57,578 nt of DNA from Spirochaetia bacterium (lineage in GTDB: Bacteria > Spirochaetota > Spirochaetia > B11-G9), in the NCBI GenBank assembly GCA_029932585.1, contig JAOZPU010000003.1:1-57578 (forward strand), given 5' to 3'. Below the pieces are notes generated by a model. It worked only from the letters and a program-made list of their open reading frames with translations, was not told the origin of the DNA and made no database searches. Positions within the stretch are counted from its first letter, which is position 1, and each line of letters opens with the position of its first letter. The position numbers and the translations under genes are program-made. Below are positions 9,411-18,691 of this stretch, piece after piece.

Positions 9411-10385
9411 TTGAAAAATAAGTTATTTATAGTTTTTTTTATTTTAATAAGTACTTTAATTGTTGCTCAAAATACAAATGGCAGAAAATTAATGGAATCT
9501 GGTCTTAATAATTTTTCTAAGGGTAATTATACAATAGCTTTGAGTGACTTTAGAGATATTATTCTTGATTCCGAAAATGAAGAAATTCATGGTACTGCAT
9601 ATTATTGGATTGCCAGAGCTTATATGGCTCAAAACCTGCTCGAGAAGGCTGAAAATAATCTTGATTTTTTTATTCTGAATTTTGCTGGTAATAAATTATA
9701 TCCGGATGCTGTTTATCAAAAAGCCAGATTATTGTTTAGAAAAGGCGAATATGACAACTCGGTCCAATTTTTTTATAAATTTATTGAATCTTATCCAGAA
9801 CACCCATACGTTTCCAATAGTTATTTTTGGATTGCAGAATCTCTTTTCGAACTTGGTCACCTTGAAGAAGCAAAAATTATTTATTCAATGATTATTCGTG
9901 AATATCCAAAAAGTTACAAATTGGAAGCTGCTAAGTATAAACTATCTCTAATTACACTTAAATTCAGAGAAAATGAACTTTTAAAACTTTTAAGAATAAG
10001 CCATGAAGAATATCTTAAGGCACTGGAAGATTTCCAGCAGCGTGAAAAAACTTATGAGCAAACTATTAGTGACTATCAAAGAAAACTTGTTTCGACAAGT
10101 TCAGAAGACCAGCAATCTCTAATTATTGAAATGCAGCAGAATAATCTTGAAAAAGATAATTCTCTTGCATCATTAAAAAAGCAGATTATAGAACTTGAAA
10201 ATACAATTTCAGATTTGCAGACAAGACTTTCTAAGGAAAGTTTAGAATTTACTAAGGAAGAAACTTCTTCTGTAAGCATTAATACCAGTTCTTTGAAAAC
10301 AGAAAAACTTCTGGAACTAAAAAATTCTGCCCTCATTTTAAAAGAATACTATTTAGATTGGCTTGCTTCCAGGATTGGAGATTAA
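9411..10385 (+). CDS. secreted TPR protein (YbgF/BamD-like TPR) with C-terminal coiled coil
   Basis: TTG start with GGGAG 7 nt upstream. It has a signal peptide, TPR units (YPDAVYQKARLLFRKGEYDNSVQFFYKFIESYPEHPYV) and then a heptad-rich tail. Confidence 0.55.
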   Translation: MKNKLFIVFFILISTLIVAQNTNGRKLMESGLNNFSKGNYTIALSDFRDIILDSENEEIHGTAYYWIARAYMAQNLLEKAENNLDFFILNFAGNKLYPDAVYQKARLLFRKGEYDNSVQFFYKFIESYPEHPYVSNSYFWIAESLFELGHLEEAKIIYSMIIREYPKSYKLEAAKYKLSLITLKFRENELLKLLRISHEEYLKALEDFQQREKTYEQTISDYQRKLVSTSSEDQQSLIIEMQQNNLEKDNSLASLKKQIIELENTISDLQTRLSKESLEFTKEETSSVSINTSSLKTEKLLELKNSALILKEYYLDWLASRIGD

Positions 10386-10388
10386 TAT

Positions 10389-11441
10389 ATGAAAAGAACC
10401 AGTATTATTATAATTTTAATTTTTTTGACTATTAATACTTTCTCTCTGGAAATGACAGAAGGTAGGATGAAAATTGTGCTTCATGAGGATTCGGGAAGCT
10501 TTTCTGCCTATTATCTGGAAAACATTAATACTGGCAAATATACACCTTTATTATTTGATAAAGATCCTGAGACATCTTTACTAAGTATTATGTCTGATAA
10601 TAAAATTTATAAAATGGGGAATACCTCTGTTTTTTCCAAAGATCTGCTTAGAACACCAACAGGTGGTAAAATTGTATGGGAATCTACAGTTTTAAAAGTA
10701 ACACAAGAGTTTTCATTTGTTAAATCTCAGTCAAGTTCACTTAGTGATGGCTTTAAAATAAAAATAACAATTGAAAATAGATCTGATCAAAATAAAATCA
10801 TTGGTTTAACCTATCTTTTTGATACATTTTTAGGTGAAGAAGGTGAGGATCACTTTTTATTGGATTCCGGTTCAAATATTTCTTCGGAAAATTCAATATT
10901 AAGCAATTTCCCAAATTATTGGATATCTCCTTCATCTGATAAATCTTTTTTAGGTCTTCAGGGAATGGTAAGAGGACCGGGAATAACTGTACCAAATAAA
11001 ATAATATTTGCAAACTGGAAAAGACTTCAGGATAATTTATGGAATTATCAGGTTAAGAAGAATAGGAATTTTAACCTTATACCATATTCTATTAACGACT
11101 CTGCAGTTTCAATGATATATGACCCTATTAAAGTGTTAAGAAATTCAAGTAGGGAAGTAGTTATTGTATTGGGAGTGTATAATAACAGCAGTTTTAAAGG
11201 AGCTTCCTCAATAGAGGATTCTGGTATTGATACTCTATTCGAACAAACAGTAAGTACAGATGCAGATCCACAAAATACAGAAACTTCAATAAAATCCGAT
11301 CTTATAGCAACTACAGATTTAATAAAAAAAATTGACAGCTTTCTCCAATTCCCGGATAATGTAACAGATGGCGAAATAGATCTAATTGTACAAATATTGG
11401 AAACACTAAAACAGCGCCAAAAATTGTATGAGAACAGGTAA
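10389..11441 (+). CDS. secreted hypothetical protein
   Basis: 350 aa with an N-terminal signal-like segment (IIIILIFLTINTFS). I recognise no motif. It is tightly packed between two TPR genes. Confidence 0.5.
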   Translation: MKRTSIIIILIFLTINTFSLEMTEGRMKIVLHEDSGSFSAYYLENINTGKYTPLLFDKDPETSLLSIMSDNKIYKMGNTSVFSKDLLRTPTGGKIVWESTVLKVTQEFSFVKSQSSSLSDGFKIKITIENRSDQNKIIGLTYLFDTFLGEEGEDHFLLDSGSNISSENSILSNFPNYWISPSSDKSFLGLQGMVRGPGITVPNKIIFANWKRLQDNLWNYQVKKNRNFNLIPYSINDSAVSMIYDPIKVLRNSSREVVIVLGVYNNSSFKGASSIEDSGIDTLFEQTVSTDADPQNTETSIKSDLIATTDLIKKIDSFLQFPDNVTDGEIDLIVQILETLKQRQKLYENR

Positions 11442-11450
11442 TTTCTTAAA

Positions 11451-12518
11451 ATGCGCAGTAAAACTTTAAAAAAAGCTTCTAAATATTTTAAATCTGGTAA
11501 ATACAATAAAGTTTTACAAATTTTAGAGCCTCAGGTTTTTAGATATAGACAGAATTTTAATTTTTTTTATTATCTTGGTATTTCATGTTTGAATACCTCT
11601 GATTTTGGAGGAGGATACTCTTATCTTAAGAGAGCAAAAGATCTCAAACCGGATGATATAAATACTATGGCAGGACTTGCTCTTGTTCATCTTAAACGAC
11701 ATGAAAATTCTGAAGCACTACAACAATGGTTTCAAATTCTGGATATTGACCATAAAAATAAACTGGCCCAAAAAGGCCTTGAAACGTTAAAAAAATATTC
11801 AAAGCAGGACGACTTAACTGAATATTTTGATTCTGGTAAATATTTAAATCTTTTACCAGGAAGAAATAAATTAGCTCCTATAATTAAAACATCATTTCTT
11901 TCTGTATTATTTATAGTTTTCACTGTATTTTTCTCATTCTATATTTATAATCTAATTATACAACCCGATATTACAAGACCGGAAATTTCAGCTATAAAGC
12001 TGGATAATTTTGGATCTTTAACCAATAATGATATAAAAACAGATTATAAGTTTACAGACAATGAGATAAGAAAATTATTTGAATTAATAAGAAATTATTT
12101 TGATAATTACCAGGATAATCTTGCAATGAGAGAAATTAATAGATTACTTCTTTCAAATGCGGATAAGGAAACAAAAGAGAAAGTAAAACTTTTGTCATCC
12201 TATATTTCAATTCCTGGTTTTACTACTTTAAAAACAAATTTTACATATCAGGAATTTTTATTAGAACCAAAACTCTATAATAATTGTTATATACATTGGA
12301 AAGGAAGACTTAGCAATCTTGTAGTTACAGATAATTTAATTGAGTTTGATTTTCTTGTTGGTTATGATGATAAAAAAATACTTGAAGGAATTATTCCTGT
12401 GACTTTAAATTTTGGAGCCAGAATTGACTCTAATTTCCCAATTGAAATACTGGCTAAAATTACAAAAAAAGATACTGAATATATTCTGGAAGCTGTTTCT
12501 GTTCATCAGTATCAATAA
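11451..12518 (+). CDS. TPR protein with central TM helix
   Basis: N-terminal TPR units (YYLGISCLNTSDFGGGYSYLKRAKDLKPDD), a TM segment (FLSVLFIVFTVFFSFYIYNLII), and a C-terminal domain of unknown type. Confidence 0.5.
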   Translation: MRSKTLKKASKYFKSGKYNKVLQILEPQVFRYRQNFNFFYYLGISCLNTSDFGGGYSYLKRAKDLKPDDINTMAGLALVHLKRHENSEALQQWFQILDIDHKNKLAQKGLETLKKYSKQDDLTEYFDSGKYLNLLPGRNKLAPIIKTSFLSVLFIVFTVFFSFYIYNLIIQPDITRPEISAIKLDNFGSLTNNDIKTDYKFTDNEIRKLFELIRNYFDNYQDNLAMREINRLLLSNADKETKEKVKLLSSYISIPGFTTLKTNFTYQEFLLEPKLYNNCYIHWKGRLSNLVVTDNLIEFDFLVGYDDKKILEGIIPVTLNFGARIDSNFPIEILAKITKKDTEYILEAVSVHQYQ

Positions 12519-12550
12519 TTATCACTTGGCACAAAAATGGTAAATATTAT

Positions 12551-13000
12551 ATGAGAATTGTTGTTCAGCGAGTAAAAAATTGCAGTGTATATATAAAAGG
12601 AATTCCTGTAGGAGAAATCAGTTATGGTCTTCTTGTCTATTTGGGTGTAGAAAAGGGTGATTCATCTACTGATTTAAACTATTTACAAAAAAAAATTATT
12701 GGTCTTAGAATATTTAATGATCAAAATGGTCAAATGAATCTATCAGTCAAAGATATAGATGCTTCAATAATGGTTGTATCTCAGTTTACAATCTGCGCAA
12801 ATACAAAAAAAGGTAACAGACCTTCCTATAATAATGCAGAAAAACCAGAAACAGCAAAAAAGATGTATCAAAATTTTATTGAAAAATTAAAAGAAACTGG
12901 ACTTAATGTACAAAGTGGCAAATTCCAGGAAACTATGGAAGTTTCTTATATAAATGATGGCCCTGTAACAATTCTACTTGATTCAAGAAAGATATTCTAA
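12551..13000 (+). CDS. dtd: D-aminoacyl-tRNA deacylase
   Basis: MRIVVQRV..., SQFTICA and NDGPVTILLDS are the Dtd signature motifs. Length is 149 aa. Confidence 0.9.
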   Translation: MRIVVQRVKNCSVYIKGIPVGEISYGLLVYLGVEKGDSSTDLNYLQKKIIGLRIFNDQNGQMNLSVKDIDASIMVVSQFTICANTKKGNRPSYNNAEKPETAKKMYQNFIEKLKETGLNVQSGKFQETMEVSYINDGPVTILLDSRKIF

Positions 13001-13096
13001 TTTTTTTTGTAATAATTCAATTTTTTTACTGTACACTGAAGTAAAATCCAATTATAAACAATATTAACTATTATCCTATAAGTAAATGGAGAAAAT

Positions 13097-14200
13097 ATGG
13101 CTAAAAAAACATTTGTTCAACAACCAGTAAATCCAGACAAAGAAAAAGCTCTTGAAGCAGCAAGACTTCAAATTGATAAACAGTTTGGTAAAGGGTCACT
13201 GATGCAGCTGGGTCAATCAACAAAAGACCTTTCAATTGAGACAATACCTTCAGGTTCTATCCTACTGGATGCCGCTCTTGGCATTGGTGGTTACCCAAAA
13301 GGAAGGATAATAGAAATTTATGGACCTGAATCTTCGGGTAAAACAACCCTTGCACTTCATGCAATAGGGGAATGTCAAAAACAGGGAGGCATAGCTGCTT
13401 TTATAGATGCAGAACATGCACTTGATCCTATTTATGCAAAAAATTTAGGTGTAAATACCGATAACCTTTGGGTTTCACAACCTGATACTGGTGAACAGGC
13501 ACTTGAAATTACAGAATCTTTAATAAGATCCGGTGCAGTAGACATTATAGTAGTCGACTCAGTTGCCGCGCTCACTCCACAGGCTGAAATTGAAGGTGAT
13601 ATGGGAGATTCTCATATGGGTCTTCAGGCACGATTAATGAGTCAGGCATTGCGTAAATTAACTGCAATAATTTCTAAATCCGGAACTTGTTTAATATTTA
13701 TTAATCAGATTAGAATGAAAATTGGAGTTATGTTTGGAAATCCTGAAACTACAACAGGAGGAAAAGCTTTAAAATTCTATTCATCTATTCGATTGGAAGT
13801 CAGACGAATTGAAACAATGTCCAAAGGCACTGAAGATGCTATAGGTAACAAAGTACGTGTTAAAATTGTTAAAAACAAGGTTGCTCCACCTTTTAGAAAA
13901 GTTGAACTTGAAATTATATTTGGAAAAGGTATTAGTGCTTTGGCCAGCTTACTTGACGGTGCTCTCCAGTACGAAATAATATCTAAAAGCGGAAGCTGGT
14001 ACTCTTATGGTGAGGAAAGAATAGGCCAGGGTAGAGAAAATGCAAAATTATTTTTAGAAAATAATCCTGATATTACTAAAAAAATAGAAAAACAGGTTAG
14101 AGGATTGTTATTCCCAGATAAAAAAGAGGAAATTTCTAAAAATGAGAAAGCTGATGCTACTGAAAAAAAGAAAATTACCAGTGAAAAAGGTTTATTCTGA
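13097..14200 (+). CDS. recA: recombinase RecA
   Basis: Shows the Walker A motif [29 protein letters not shown] and [26 protein letters not shown] lies 5 nt upstream of the ATG. Confidence 0.97.
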   Translation: MAKKTFVQQPVNPDKEKALEAARLQIDKQFGKGSLMQLGQSTKDLSIETIPSGSILLDAALGIGGYPKGRIIEIYGPESSGKTTLALHAIGECQKQGGIAAFIDAEHALDPIYAKNLGVNTDNLWVSQPDTGEQALEITESLIRSGAVDIIVVDSVAALTPQAEIEGDMGDSHMGLQARLMSQALRKLTAIISKSGTCLIFINQIRMKIGVMFGNPETTTGGKALKFYSSIRLEVRRIETMSKGTEDAIGNKVRVKIVKNKVAPPFRKVELEIIFGKGISALASLLDGALQYEIISKSGSWYSYGEERIGQGRENAKLFLENNPDITKKIEKQVRGLLFPDKKEEISKNEKADATEKKKITSEKGLF

Positions 14201-14301
14201 TATATATTAGAGTTAACCATTACTAGCAAACGTTTAAACATATATAGGACAAATTAGCCTGGTTATTGATACAACAGGCATAATAAAGGTATATTCTCAT
14301 A

Positions 14302-15045
14302 ATGGAAGCAGTAAATGAGCAAGGGGAAAAAAGCAGATTCATTCTTGAGGATTTTGAAGGACCTCTTGATTTATTGCTGTTTTTAATTCGTAAATCAGAA
14401 GTAAACATATATGATATACCTATTGCTCAAATAACGGAACAATACATCTCTTTTCTGGATCTGGCTACTAAGACCAATCTTGATGATCTCACAGATTTTT
14501 TCTTAATGGCAGCAACTTTACTATTAATAAAATCCAGAATGTTATTACCCGTTGAAATTAGTTTTGATGATGAACTCGAAGATCCACGACAGGAATTAGT
14601 TGACAGATTAATAGAATATCAGAAATATAAGAAGTTTTCAGAATTAATGGCTGTTAAAGAAGAAGAATCTGAATGGCATATAGAACGGAATAAAAAACAA
14701 GCAACACTACCTTTTCCTGAAAATGATGATCTTTGGGAAAAAATTGATGTATGGGATCTTCTTAGTACTTTTACAACAATAGTTTCATCTTTAAGCAATG
14801 AACGAATTATTGATTTATACGAAGAAGTGTCTGTTAATGAAAAATTAAGTCTAATTAATGAACTACTTGAAACCCGTGGTGAGTTTCTTTTTACAGATCT
14901 TATTACTAAGGTAAACTCAAGTTTGGATGTAATCTGTGCTTTTCTTGCTCTTTTAGAATCTGTAAAGGCGAGAAATATTATTATTTTACAAAATAAACTG
15001 TTTGGTGACATCAAAATTAAAATCAGAGGCAGTGAAGGAGAATGA
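14302..15045 (+). CDS. scpA: segregation and condensation protein A
   Basis: FEGPLDLLLFLIRKSEVNIYDIPIAQITEQY is the typical ScpA N-terminus. It has a 4-nt ATGA overlap with scpB. Confidence 0.85.
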   Translation: MEAVNEQGEKSRFILEDFEGPLDLLLFLIRKSEVNIYDIPIAQITEQYISFLDLATKTNLDDLTDFFLMAATLLLIKSRMLLPVEISFDDELEDPRQELVDRLIEYQKYKKFSELMAVKEEESEWHIERNKKQATLPFPENDDLWEKIDVWDLLSTFTTIVSSLSNERIIDLYEEVSVNEKLSLINELLETRGEFLFTDLITKVNSSLDVICAFLALLESVKARNIIILQNKLFGDIKIKIRGSEGE

Positions 15046-15581
15046 AACTGGAAAAGGAAGTAGCATTATTAGAAGCAGTATTATTTCTTGAAAATGACCC
15101 TGTGGATGTAAAATATCTTGCAAAAGTAACTAATTTTTCTATTAGTATAGTAGAGGAGTCTCTTGAGCAACTTCGTATTATTTATTCTGATGAAAATAGA
15201 GGGTTGGAGATTACTGATATAGGTGAAGGTTTTCAGCTAATTCCGAAAACTGAGCTATGGGAATACTTAAAAGATACTTATGGTAAAAAAAATGAAAACA
15301 AACTTTCTAAAGCAGCCCTTGAAACATTGTCAATTATTGCATATTCACAACCAGTTACCAGAGGCGAAATAGAAAATATACGAGGTGTTTCCCCCGATAG
15401 TATGATGAAACTCCTTATAAATAAAAATTTCATAAAGGATGTTGGTAAAAAAGATGTACCCGGAAAACCTTCTCAATATGGGACTACTAAAGAATTTCTG
15501 AAAGCATTCAGATTATCCAGTATTGCCGATTTGCCAAAACTTGATGAAATAGAACAGGATAGGTTTGAACTAAATGGATAG
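15042..15581 (+). CDS. scpB: segregation and condensation protein B
   Basis: LEAVLFLENDPV and LETLSIIAYSQPVTRGEIENIRGV are ScpB winged-helix motifs. Confidence 0.85.
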   Translation: MKLEKEVALLEAVLFLENDPVDVKYLAKVTNFSISIVEESLEQLRIIYSDENRGLEITDIGEGFQLIPKTELWEYLKDTYGKKNENKLSKAALETLSIIAYSQPVTRGEIENIRGVSPDSMMKLLINKNFIKDVGKKDVPGKPSQYGTTKEFLKAFRLSSIADLPKLDEIEQDRFELNG

Positions 15582-16314
15582 TGTAGAAGAAAATAAATTA
15601 CGTCTTCAGGTTTTTATGTCACGAAGTGGTGTCGCGTCAAGAAGAAAATGCGAAAAGCTTATTACTGATGGGTTTGTAACTGTAAATGGTGAAATTATTA
15701 CCGAAATGGGTTTTAGAGTATCCAATAAAGATATAATTACATTTAAGGGACAGATAATACATCAAACAAAAAAGAAAATATATCTTGCTTTAAATAAACC
15801 TCCATTGTATCTATGCAGTAACAGTGACCCTCAGGACCGAAAACTTGCTATAGATCTAATTAAAAATGATTTTCAGGATAGATTATACAATGTAGGCAGG
15901 CTTGATTATTTATCTACCGGGCTCATTTTTTTTACAAATGATGGGACCTTTACTAAAATTGTAGCACATCCTTCTTCTGGTATAGAAAAAGAGTATATTG
16001 TTGAATCAAAACAAATAATTGAAGAAAAATATCTACTTGAATTTATGAAAGGAGTTACAATAGAAGGTGAAAAATACAAACTTCATTCTTACAAATATAA
16101 AACAAAATATAAGGTAAAACTAATATTACTTGAAGGGAAAAATCGTGAAATTCGTCGTTTTTTTAAATCACGAAATCTAAAAATAAAAAAATTACATAGA
16201 GTTAAAATTGGAATTGTTGAGTTGGAAAATATTCCTTCCGGTAGTTATCGATATTTAACAGAAAAGGAAATTAACTGGTTCTTGAAAAAAAGCAGAGGAG
16301 AATCAAAAAAATGA
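15574..16314 (+). CDS. rluB: RsuA/RluB-family pseudouridine synthase
   Basis: An S4-like N-terminus (RLQVFMSRSGVASRRKCEKLI) and the catalytic GRLDYLSTGLIFFTNDG motif. It overlaps scpB by 8 nt. Confidence 0.8.
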   Translation: MDSVEENKLRLQVFMSRSGVASRRKCEKLITDGFVTVNGEIITEMGFRVSNKDIITFKGQIIHQTKKKIYLALNKPPLYLCSNSDPQDRKLAIDLIKNDFQDRLYNVGRLDYLSTGLIFFTNDGTFTKIVAHPSSGIEKEYIVESKQIIEEKYLLEFMKGVTIEGEKYKLHSYKYKTKYKVKLILLEGKNREIRRFFKSRNLKIKKLHRVKIGIVELENIPSGSYRYLTEKEINWFLKKSRGESKK

Positions 16315-16946
16315 TAGTTGCCCTTGATGGTCCTGCAGGTGTGGGGAAAAGTACGATTGCAAGAAAAATTGCTAATAAAGCATCACTATTTTATGTAAAC
16401 TCCGGTAACTTTTACAGGGCAATAACTTTTGAAACAATAAAAAACAATCTTAAAAGCGATAATATAATTGAAATTATTGCTATTGCCGAAAAACTTAAAT
16501 TTTCCATTAAAGAAGATCATTTATATGTAAATAATATAGACATTGAAGAACATCTTCATTCCGATTCTGTCGACAGCATGGTAGCACAGGTATCTTCAAT
16601 TATTGGCGTAAGAAATATAGTAAATAGTGCTGTTAGAGAAATTAGTAAATCAATGGATATAATAGTAGAGGGAAGAGATATAACTACCGTTGTTTTTCCA
16701 AATGCAGACCTGAAGGTTTACCTTGATGCTTCAGTATCTACCAGAGCAGCAAGAAGATTTAATCAGGGTGTTAGTACTTTGTCACTTGAAGAGATTTCTA
16801 AAAGTATTCAGGCCAGAGATGAAATTGATAAATCCAAACCTGAAGGTTCCCTGAAAATTTCAAATGACGCTCTTTATTTAGACACATCGGACTTGACCAT
16901 AGATGAAGTTTGTGAGAAAGTGTTACAGAAATTAAGCGTTATGTAA
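16311..16946 (+). CDS. cmk: cytidylate kinase
   Basis: IVALDGPAGVGKST P-loop and EGRDITTVVFP. It has an ATGA overlap with the preceding gene. Confidence 0.9.
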   Translation: MIVALDGPAGVGKSTIARKIANKASLFYVNSGNFYRAITFETIKNNLKSDNIIEIIAIAEKLKFSIKEDHLYVNNIDIEEHLHSDSVDSMVAQVSSIIGVRNIVNSAVREISKSMDIIVEGRDITTVVFPNADLKVYLDASVSTRAARRFNQGVSTLSLEEISKSIQARDEIDKSKPEGSLKISNDALYLDTSDLTIDEVCEKVLQKLSVM

Positions 16947-16975
16947 TTATAAATTTCAGGAGAATTATCATTATT

Positions 16976-18688
16976 ATGGCAGAGAGCGAAACGGATATTA
17001 CCACAGATTCACAAACATCACTCCAGGAAGAATATCTTAATTCTTCCAGTAACCTTCAGGAAGGTCAGCTTATTGAGGGTACGGTAATTGAAATCAGTAC
17101 AGAAAGCGTTTTTATTGATATAGGTTATAAATCAGAAGGCAAAATTCCAATAGAAGAGTTCAAGACAAAGCCTGAAATAGGTGATGTTGTAAGTGTTGTA
17201 CTTATTTCCAAAGAAGGAAAAGGTGGACAGGTAATAGTTTCTAAAGGAAAAGCAGATGAAAAGGTTTTCTGGAAAGACATAAAAAATGCATTCCAGGAAA
17301 AAACAGCTGTTGATGGTAAGTTTATTAGTTCAAATAAAGGTGGTTTCGAGGTCAATCTCGGCCATAATATTATTGGTTTTTGTCCTTTATCTAAAACTGA
17401 TGTTGTAAGAGTTGAAGATCCTGAAAAATATATAGGGATGAAGTCAAAATTTTTAATTGAGAGACTTTACAGTGATAATAAACTAAAAATTGTCGTTTCC
17501 AGAAGAAATTTTTTGGAACAGGAAATCAGTGCTAAAAAAGAAAAATTCTTCAAAGAAACTGAACTTGATTCTGTTGTATCAGGAACTGTAAAAAGTTTTA
17601 CCTCCTTTGGTGCTTTTGTAGATCTTGGTGGTTTTGATGGATTGCTTCACATAAATGATATGAGCTGGGGTCATGTTACAAGGCCAAAAGACTATGTTAA
17701 AAAAGATCAAAAAATAGAACTAAAGGTTATTAAGCTTGATCCTGAAGGACAGAAAATCAATTTGTCATTAAAGCATTTTACTCCGGATCCATGGTCAGTA
17801 TTTGAAGATAAATATGCTGTAGATGACATTGTAAAGGGTAAAGTAACAAAACTGTCCGATTTTGGTGCATTTATTGAAATTGAAGAGGGAATAGAAGGTC
17901 TCGTTCATATATCTGAACTATCCTGGGTAAAAAGAGTAAAACATCCAAGTGAAATTTTAACAATTGGTGATGAAGTAGAAACAAAAATACTTGGATATGA
18001 TCTTGCAAGTGGTAGAGTGTCTCTGGGTTTAAAACAGGTTTTGCAAAATCCCTGGGATAATCTGGAAGAAACATTTCCAATTGACCATAGGCTTAAAGCT
18101 AAAATAGTTAAGCTTACAAATGCTGGTGCTTTTGTTGAACTTACAGAAGGGATTGATGGTTTTCTTCATGTAGATGATCTTTCATGGACAAGAAGGGTGA
18201 AAAATCCAGGTTCTATACTAAAAGTAGGTGAAGAGATAGAAGTTGTTATTATGGGAATTGATAAAACTGCTCATAGAATTAAACTTGGTTATAAACAACT
18301 TTCTGATGATCCATGGAAATATCTTAAAAAGAATTTTCCTAAGAATAGTCCTATTGAAGGTGAAATTACTAATATAACCGATTTTGGAGTTTTTGTTAAA
18401 GTAATAGGTGATATTGAAGGTTTGGTAAGTAAATATAATTTAGTTGAACCTGGTGCAGATGATAGTCGGGATGAAGATTATTTATCACGATTTAAAACTG
18501 GTCAGAAAGTTAAAGCTCTGGTTACAGAAATTAATCCTAAAACTCAAAGATTATCACTTTCTATAAAAGACTATGACAGAAGTATAGAAAGGAAAGAAAT
18601 TTCGAAATATATTCATGATGATGTCGAGGGATCCAATGCAACTTTTGGGGATTTCCTAAAAGGTATGGGTTCCGATTCTGAAAACTAG
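16976..18688 (+). CDS. rpsA: 30S ribosomal protein S1
   Basis: 570 aa with six S1-type OB repeats, for example G.V..FTSFGAFVDLGGFDGLLHINDMSW and KLSDFGAFIEIEEGIEGLVHISELSW. Confidence 0.92.
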   Translation: MAESETDITTDSQTSLQEEYLNSSSNLQEGQLIEGTVIEISTESVFIDIGYKSEGKIPIEEFKTKPEIGDVVSVVLISKEGKGGQVIVSKGKADEKVFWKDIKNAFQEKTAVDGKFISSNKGGFEVNLGHNIIGFCPLSKTDVVRVEDPEKYIGMKSKFLIERLYSDNKLKIVVSRRNFLEQEISAKKEKFFKETELDSVVSGTVKSFTSFGAFVDLGGFDGLLHINDMSWGHVTRPKDYVKKDQKIELKVIKLDPEGQKINLSLKHFTPDPWSVFEDKYAVDDIVKGKVTKLSDFGAFIEIEEGIEGLVHISELSWVKRVKHPSEILTIGDEVETKILGYDLASGRVSLGLKQVLQNPWDNLEETFPIDHRLKAKIVKLTNAGAFVELTEGIDGFLHVDDLSWTRRVKNPGSILKVGEEIEVVIMGIDKTAHRIKLGYKQLSDDPWKYLKKNFPKNSPIEGEITNITDFGVFVKVIGDIEGLVSKYNLVEPGADDSRDEDYLSRFKTGQKVKALVTEINPKTQRLSLSIKDYDRSIERKEISKYIHDDVEGSNATFGDFLKGMGSDSEN

Positions 18689-18691
18689 TTT

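Noticed and set aside
12527-12541. A sigma-54-like element, TGGCAC-N5-TGGT, upstream of dtd.
   Set aside because: The -24 half is perfect, but the -12 GC dinucleotide is GT. The element also ends ~10 nt before the dtd ATG, leaving no 5' UTR or RBS. It is probably a chance match.
13027-13038. TACTGTACACTG upstream of recA, considered as a LexA/SOS box.
   Set aside because: It contains a CTGT half-site, but no inverted partner (ACAG) lies at the proper spacing. There is also no TTTG-N5-CAAA-type spirochaetal box.
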